Assembly: GCA_951406725.2 (NCBI GenBank)
Contig: OX597835.1
Location: forward strand, 14,508,001 to 14,572,000
Source of the DNA: Octopus vulgaris
Taxonomy: Eukaryota
DNA length: 64,000 nt
Direction of reading: 5' to 3'
In this document: positions 56,920-64,000 of the stretch, piece after piece
Layout of the letters: every line of letters begins with the position of its first letter
Position numbering within the stretch: position 1 is the first letter of the stretch
The notes under the pieces: model-generated
The model's database searches: none
Told to the model about the DNA's origin: nothing
The model's input: the letters and a program-made list of their open reading frames with translations, nothing else
Program-made: the position numbers and the translations under genes

Positions 56920-57510
56920 CACCACCAATCACCACGACGACGACCACCACCACCAACGTTATCCCCACGAACGCCATCACAGACAACAGTAACATCAACA
57001 ATATTCTTTCACAGTTGCTCCACCACCACCACCACAACCACCACTAGCATATGTAACGCCGTCCCCGCTACCAACATCACCATCCGCATCATTACCACTA
57101 ACACCACCATCGTCACCACCACAACTACCACTATAGTCTCTGCCATCAGAGCTGCCACAACCACCACCACCATCACAACCCCCACCACCAACACCACAAC
57201 CCCACTACCACCAACACCACCACAACCTCTACCACCGCCACAACCACCACCACGACCACAATCTCTACCATCATCACAACCACCACCACCACTACAACCT
57301 CTACCACCACTACTATCACGACGACGACGACCACCACCACTACCACAACAACCGCCATAGTCACTATCATCAGAGCCGTCACAACCACCACCACCATCAC
57401 CACTACCACCACCATCACCACTACCACCACCACCACCACCACAATCACCATTATCACCAACACCACTGCCACCATCACAGCCATCATGACCACCACCACC
57501 ATCACCACAA
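56920..57510. repeat. Degenerate (ACC)n trinucleotide tract
   Basis: Direct inspection. Confidence 0.85.
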
Positions 57511-57772
57511 CTATAAAGTCCTAAACAAACTAAAAACCAACAACAACAACAACATTATCATGACCCCAGAAGTTACAACTTAAGTATTTCGTGTTCTTTT
57601 TTTTCTTTTTTTTTTTGCTTTCTTTTTCTTTTGGCAAACTTTCCCCCGAACTCTGATTATAACATTTATCACCTCAAGTTCTTGAGAACTTCCAATATTT
57701 GTTGCACGAAGAGTGTCGCTGGCGTGTGAGGGTGCGTGTGTGTTTGTTTGCATAGTGCATATGTATATACAT

Positions 57773-57814
<42 letters not shown>

Positions 57815-57873
57815 GTATATATATATATATATGAATGTATATATTTATATATATGTATATGTATATGTTTATG

Positions 57874-57913
<40 letters not shown>

Positions 57914-57986
57914 GTAAATATGATTATACATATGTGTGTGTGTGCACACGCACATATATATGTGTATATATAAACATATATGTGTA

Positions 57987-58023
<37 letters not shown>

Positions 58024-59649
58024 CTGTGTATGTGTATGTTTATAAAGTGCTGATGCAAGTATATGTACGCATCTGTAGGTTTCTGTCGAAGGCGTCCGCC
58101 TACAAGCGTTATCATCCAAATGCTTCTAATTAAATCAATTCAATGTTCTCTCCTTATTTCCCCAACGTTCTTCTCCCACACTGTCTTTTACTTTTTCTTT
58201 TCTACCAACACTTTTTTTTTTATGTTTGAAGAACTTTTACAGATGCGTTCGCCATTAGACTTCTCAGCATCCGATTAAGACTGGGAAGTCGGTGTGTTGG
58301 AGTGGGAGCGCCTCCTTGTGATTCGCACCATTGACTTCTAAACAAAATTATATAAATAAAGATGAACATTTAGTTAGCTCTCCAACGCATACACAAACTA
58401 TAAACATATCAAACAATTTATTCTTACGTATAAAGAAACAAAGAAACTCACCAGCAGTCGACAATATAATTACATTTTCAAATCATCTCGTACTCAATAA
58501 TAGCAGCTGTGATTTACTCAGCTTGATTTATCGAATCAGGATGGAATTGTTCTCCAAGACTTGGCCCACTGCCCAGTTTTTAGAATTCGCCTACTTACTT
58601 ACTCAAGGATTTTTTAAAAAAATAATAATCTTCCTGAAAAAATGAAAAACAAATATGTAACTAATAATTTGGTTGAAGTACATGAAAGAATTGATGTTGC
58701 TAATAGTGGAATATATATTGTTTTTCCTTAACACTTCCAGGAATCCTGGTGTGAATTGACGTTTAGAACGGTTTACTGGGAGTCACAGGGAGAAAAAGAA
58801 TAGACTTGAAATTGCTAAAAGGTTCTTCGTTATTATTGTTTCTTCAGCCCTAGGACTCAACAGGCCAGTTACCCGTTGTCCATGACGTATTAGTGATCGA
58901 GATCACAATATTCCCGGTTCGTTGCAGAATCCAAGGCCAGCAATTTTTGAGTGAACAGGGCCAAGTGCATTATATTAACCCAAGTACTTGACTGATAATT
59001 TATGTCATCGACTCCAGAGGGATGACAGGCAAACTTGATCTCCGGGGCATTTGAATTCAGAATATAAGAAACCGGAAGAAATTACGCAAAACATTTTGTT
59101 CGACGCGCTAACGATTGTACCAGCTCACTACCTTCCTTAAAAGGTTCTTATGCCAACAGGCAATGCCCTGATATACCTTCTTTAATTTTAGAATTTAAAA
59201 CACCTCGAAGTAATCATGGGATTCATTGCCGTCATGTGCCATACGCTTGTCAGATCCACGACGTTTAACTATTTCCACTAACATCTTAGCAATGACGTCC
59301 TTTTAACAACGCACCCGATTTTGGCGCGGAATCAGCTCCGGTACTTTGGCTGAAAAGTTATTTTATCAACCCCGGAAAGATGAACGGTTAAAGTTGGCCT
59401 CAGCAGAATTTGAACTCAAAACGGAAGTAGCCGCAGCAAACACCGCAAAGTATTTGTCTGTACAGATACCCCTGCGTCTCTACATTTATCAACCCATTAC
59501 CTGCCATGCGCCCCATTTGGGAATCTGCTAAAGACAGTCTCACTGTCAGCCGTTCGTAATATTTAAAGTGAAATGCTTATGTACATTGCATTTGCAGAGG
59601 TATCTTTAACAATATTTAGTAAAGTTTGTCATTATTAGCTCTGGATGAA

Positions 59650-60047
59650 GGCGGCGAGCTGGCAGAAACGTTAGCACGTCAGGCGAAATGCGTAGCCGTA
59701 TTTTGCCTGCCGTTATGTTCTGAGTTCAAATTCCGCCGAGGTCGACTTTGCTTTTCATCCTTTCGGAGTCGATAAATTAAGTACCAGTTACTCACTTGGG
59801 TCAATATAATCGACTTAATCCGTTTGTCTGTCCTTGTTTGTCCCTTCTGTGTGTAGCCCCTTGTGGGTAGTAAAGAAATAAGTATTTCGTTTGTCGCTAC
59901 GTTCTGAGTTCAAATTCCGCCGCAGTCGACTTTGCCTTTCATCCTTTAGGGATTGATAAATTAACTACCAGTGGTGTACTGGAGTCGATTTGATCAACTG
60001 TCCCTTTACTCACAAAATCCAGACCTTGTGTCTATATTAGAAAGGAT
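59650..60047 (+). mobile_element. SINE family C, two-unit form
   Basis: Head GGCGGCGAGCTGGCAGAAACGTTAGC, two core units and the tail GACCTTGTGTCTATATTAGAAAGGAT. Confidence 0.85.
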
Positions 60048-60144
60048 TGTTAGCTCTGGCTAATTCTCGAGGACATGCGGAGGCCTCTGGGTAAATTTCT
60101 AGTATGCCTATGCTTTAAGACGGCATTGACTAGAAGAATAATGC

Positions 60145-61019
60145 CAATCACGTTAAACGAGGACTAGTTCAATCACGTTAAACGGGGACTAGTTCAATCA
60201 TGTTAAACGAGGACTAATTCAATCACGTTAAACGAGTACTAATTCAATCACGTTAAACGAGTACTAATTCAATCACGTCAAACGGGGACTAGTTCAATCA
60301 CGTTAAACGGGGACTAGTTCAATCACGTTAAACGAGTACTAATTCAATCACGTTAAACGAGTACTAATTCAATCACGTTAAACGAGTACTAATTCAATCA
60401 CGTCAAACGGGGACTAGTTCAATCACGTTAAACGGGGACTAGTTCAATCACGTTAAACGAGTACCAATTCAATCACGTTAAACGAGTACTAATTCAATCA
60501 CGTTAAACGAGTAATAATTCAATCACGTCAAACGGGGACTAGTTCAATTCCGTTAAACGGGGACTATTTAAATCACGTTAAATGGAGACTATTTAAATCA
60601 CGTTAAATGGAGACTAGTTCAATCACGTTAAACGGGGACTATTTAAATCACGTTAAATGGAGACTAGTTCAATCACGTTAAATGGAGACTAGTTCAATCA
60701 CGTTAAACGGGGACTATTTAAATCACGTTAAACGAGTACTAATTCAATCACGTCAAACGGGAACTAGATCAATCACGTTAAACGAGAACAAGTTCAATCA
60801 CGTTAAACGAGGCATAATTCAATCACGTTAAGCGGGGACTAGTTCAATCACGTTGAATGGGGACTAACTCAGTCACGTTAAACGGGGACTAGTTCAATCA
60901 CGTTAAACGAGGACTAGTTCAATCACGTTAAATGGGGACTAACTCTATCACGTTAAATGGGGACTAGTTCAATCACGTTAAACGAGAACAAGTTCAATCT
61001 CGTTAAACGGGGACCAGTT
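60145..61019. repeat. 25-bp tandem repeat, 35 copies (CAATCACGTTAAACGRGKACTARTT)
   Basis: Register is kept over 875 bp with substitutions only. Confidence 0.95.
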
Positions 61020-61687
61020 CATGTTGGCCAGGTGGTGTAAAACACCAAGCGTTTGTTTCTGCTGCTTCGCGAACTCTTCAACTACAATCCTATGTTCTCT
61101 ATCGTTTTTCTTCATGCGGAAACGATAAGATAAATTGCCGAGTAAAAGACTGCAGAATCTTCAACCAGCCAAAGTTCATTTCCCCATAGTCTTGAGTCAA
61201 CTTGGCCACAATTAATCATTAATCTTAATCAGAGTAGTTATAGGTAAGTTTTCATATTTTATAAAGTAATCATGATGTTAATACCTGGCAGCTAAGCTAG
61301 CACGTCAGTCTCCGGTTTTGTTAAGTAGTTATGATTCCTTTCAATAAGTCTAGAATATATTCTGCTAGAAGATTCTGGTAAACTCGTAACTAGCAGCATC
61401 TTATTTTTCTCCGACTCCATGGAATTCTTTGGAAACGAGATTTATCATTAGAACTCTCCTGACAATAAAATTATCTTTTGCCAATATTTTCAGTAAAAAT
61501 CCCTCAACATTAAGCGCAATAAAGCATAATAAATAAAACTTTTTAACAAACGAGAATGTGTGTGTGCGTGTGTGTGTGAGCGTGTGTGTGTGTGTGAGTG
61601 GGTGTGAATGCGCCTGTGGACTATTATATACTTCTATATATATATGTGTGTGTGTATATATATATATACATATATATGCATATACAT

Positions 61688-61764
<77 letters not shown>

Positions 61765-62653
61765 AATATATATATGTAATATACATATATATATGCATAT
61801 CGTTAATATATAATGTACATATGTATATATATATATACATACATATATATATATATATGTGTGTGTGTGTGTATGTGTGTGTATGTGTGTGCTTATATCT
61901 AATGAGATATAAATATATTTATTTACTTATCTATCTCTTTATCTATTTATCTATCTCTATGATTATGTAAAAAAGATATATGTATAAATATATACATTAT
62001 ATGTCTAAATAGATGTGTCTGTGTGTGTATGTGTGTGTGTGTGTGTGTGAGTTCTTGAAGAGAACGCAGGAGGGAGGGAAAGAGACGAGACAGCAGAGAT
62101 AGTTTAGATTGATAAATAATAATAATAATAAAGTGATCAAGAAACAGGAAGACAGAAACGCTATGTAAAAACTATTGTACGAGAAATCCGCCATTGTTCT
62201 CTTTATACAACGCTGAGGGAGACACGTATGAATCCAACGTCAGGATGAAATGAGGCTTGTGACGATTTACGAGATAGCAGAGGGGGAAAATGAAATCGAA
62301 ATAATTATTCTCTTGGCCATAAATAAATCCCAGTTACAGCCGCCATCTTGACTCGTTTTCAGTTAAAATAAGCAACTTATCAGCCAGCAGATAATTGGAA
62401 TATACAAAGTGCCTAACAGTCGATGTAGTTTTATGTTTGATAAAAATATATAGTATATGTATTGTTAGAATGACCTCGTGTAATCTATGATATATAATGG
62501 TGGTATTCATACGTTGCACATGTGGTCATATATATTGAACAAAAGCTGGATATTGTGATGGCTGTCCCTTGAAACACACACATTGCTTATGTAAAACTAA
62601 ACGAATAAACACACACACATATATATATATATATGCGTGCGTGTGTATATGTA

Positions 62654-62701
<48 letters not shown>

Positions 62702-62822
62702 ATCCAAACATGAAAACACAAAGAGAAAACACAACAACGCGAGGACGTTGAACAAGTATAGTGTTACTGGACGCTCAGGAAAGGAAAGAAATATATATGT
62801 ATGTATATATACGTATGTATGT

Positions 62823-62890
<68 letters not shown>

Positions 62891-63062
62891 ATATATGTAT
62901 GTATGTATATGTATATATATATATATATATATGTAAATATGTATATGTATACATGGATATGTATATATGTATATATGTATATATGTATATATGTATATAT
63001 GTATATGTATATGTATATATATGTATATTTGTATATGTATATATATATATATATGTATATGT

Positions 63063-63114
<52 letters not shown>

Positions 63115-63296
63115 ACACACATACATATGCGTGTATCAATGTAAGAATACGCGAGACAGTAATGCATGTGTATATGTGTGTGTACATATATATAACTATA
63201 GACATATATTGATGTCAATTTAATCGACTGTCCCATTTTTTAATATTTGTGATTATACCCTCGTTCATTAGAAATAATTGATATTGGAGATTAATC

Positions 63297-63593
63297 ACTG
63301 TACTGTGACATATTCACTAATTACTGTACTCTACCAAACCCAATAAATACTGTACTCTACAAAACACATTAACTGCTGTACTCACAAATTCCTTTAATAC
63401 TGTACTCTGCAAGATTTATTCATTATCGTCTCATTTATTGAATATCCGATGTATTATTCTCTACCATACTCGTTAATTACTGTACTCTATCGCACTCATT
63501 AACTGCTGTACTCTACCAGACTTGGTAAATACTGTGCTCTACCATTTTCCTTAAATATTGTACTCTATCCGGTGCATTGGTTACTGTACTTCG
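63297..63593. repeat. Diverged 26-bp tandem array, about 12 units, conserved ACTGTACTCTA core
   Basis: Cores at 63297, 63323, 63349, 63375, 63399, (63425), 63453, 63479, 63505, 63531, 63557 and 63583. Confidence 0.8.
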
Positions 63594-63669
63594 TCAAGCT
63601 CATGAGGTTGGTTGCAATGATGTTTAGCTTCCATTTCGGTATCTTGTAGTCTGTAGATAACATGTAAAC

Positions 63670-64000
<331 letters not shown>

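Noticed and set aside
56832-57508. Thr/Pro/His-rich ORFs as a mucin-like exon
   Set aside because: Several frames and both strands are open because of the (ACC)n repeat. There are no clear splice boundaries or domain.
60145-61019. 25-bp array as a CRISPR array
   Set aside because: It has no unique spacers and no cas genes, and the context is eukaryotic. It is a tandem minisatellite.
63297-63593. Repeat-spacer-like array as CRISPR
   Set aside because: The core is only 11 nt, the linkers are about 15 nt and related to each other, and there are no associated genes.

Overview
Eukaryotic, AT-rich and almost entirely non-coding DNA, saturated with (TA)n, (CA)n, (CATA)n, (GATA)n and (TAA)n microsatellites. 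The repeat content resembles an octopus/coleoid cephalopod genome (inference from recall, not from a database search). Nearly all listed ORFs are translated microsatellites or SINE sequence. The window holds many copies of three SINE-like families, several with target-site duplications. It also has remnants of a CR1 LINE, an RTE-like LINE and a Tc1 transposase, plus a mariner-type MITE, several minisatellites and one plausible first coding exon with a signal-peptide-like start (28396-28698, +). The strongest hidden signal is a dispersed set of short elements, often in or beside microsatellites, that carry minimal type-I hammerhead ribozyme motifs with a palindromic helix III. One has a complete canonical core and all helices (56567-56606, -). 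Others have long helix II arms or a recurrent U4C core variant, and some lie in long near-perfect fold-back structures. This architecture matches the pseudo-LTR hammerheads known from Penelope-like retroelements and retrozymes, so the class is known but these families may be uncatalogued. Several local inverted and direct duplications, some anchored at (TA)n tracts, are also present. All alignments were done by eye, so coordinates may be off by a few bases.
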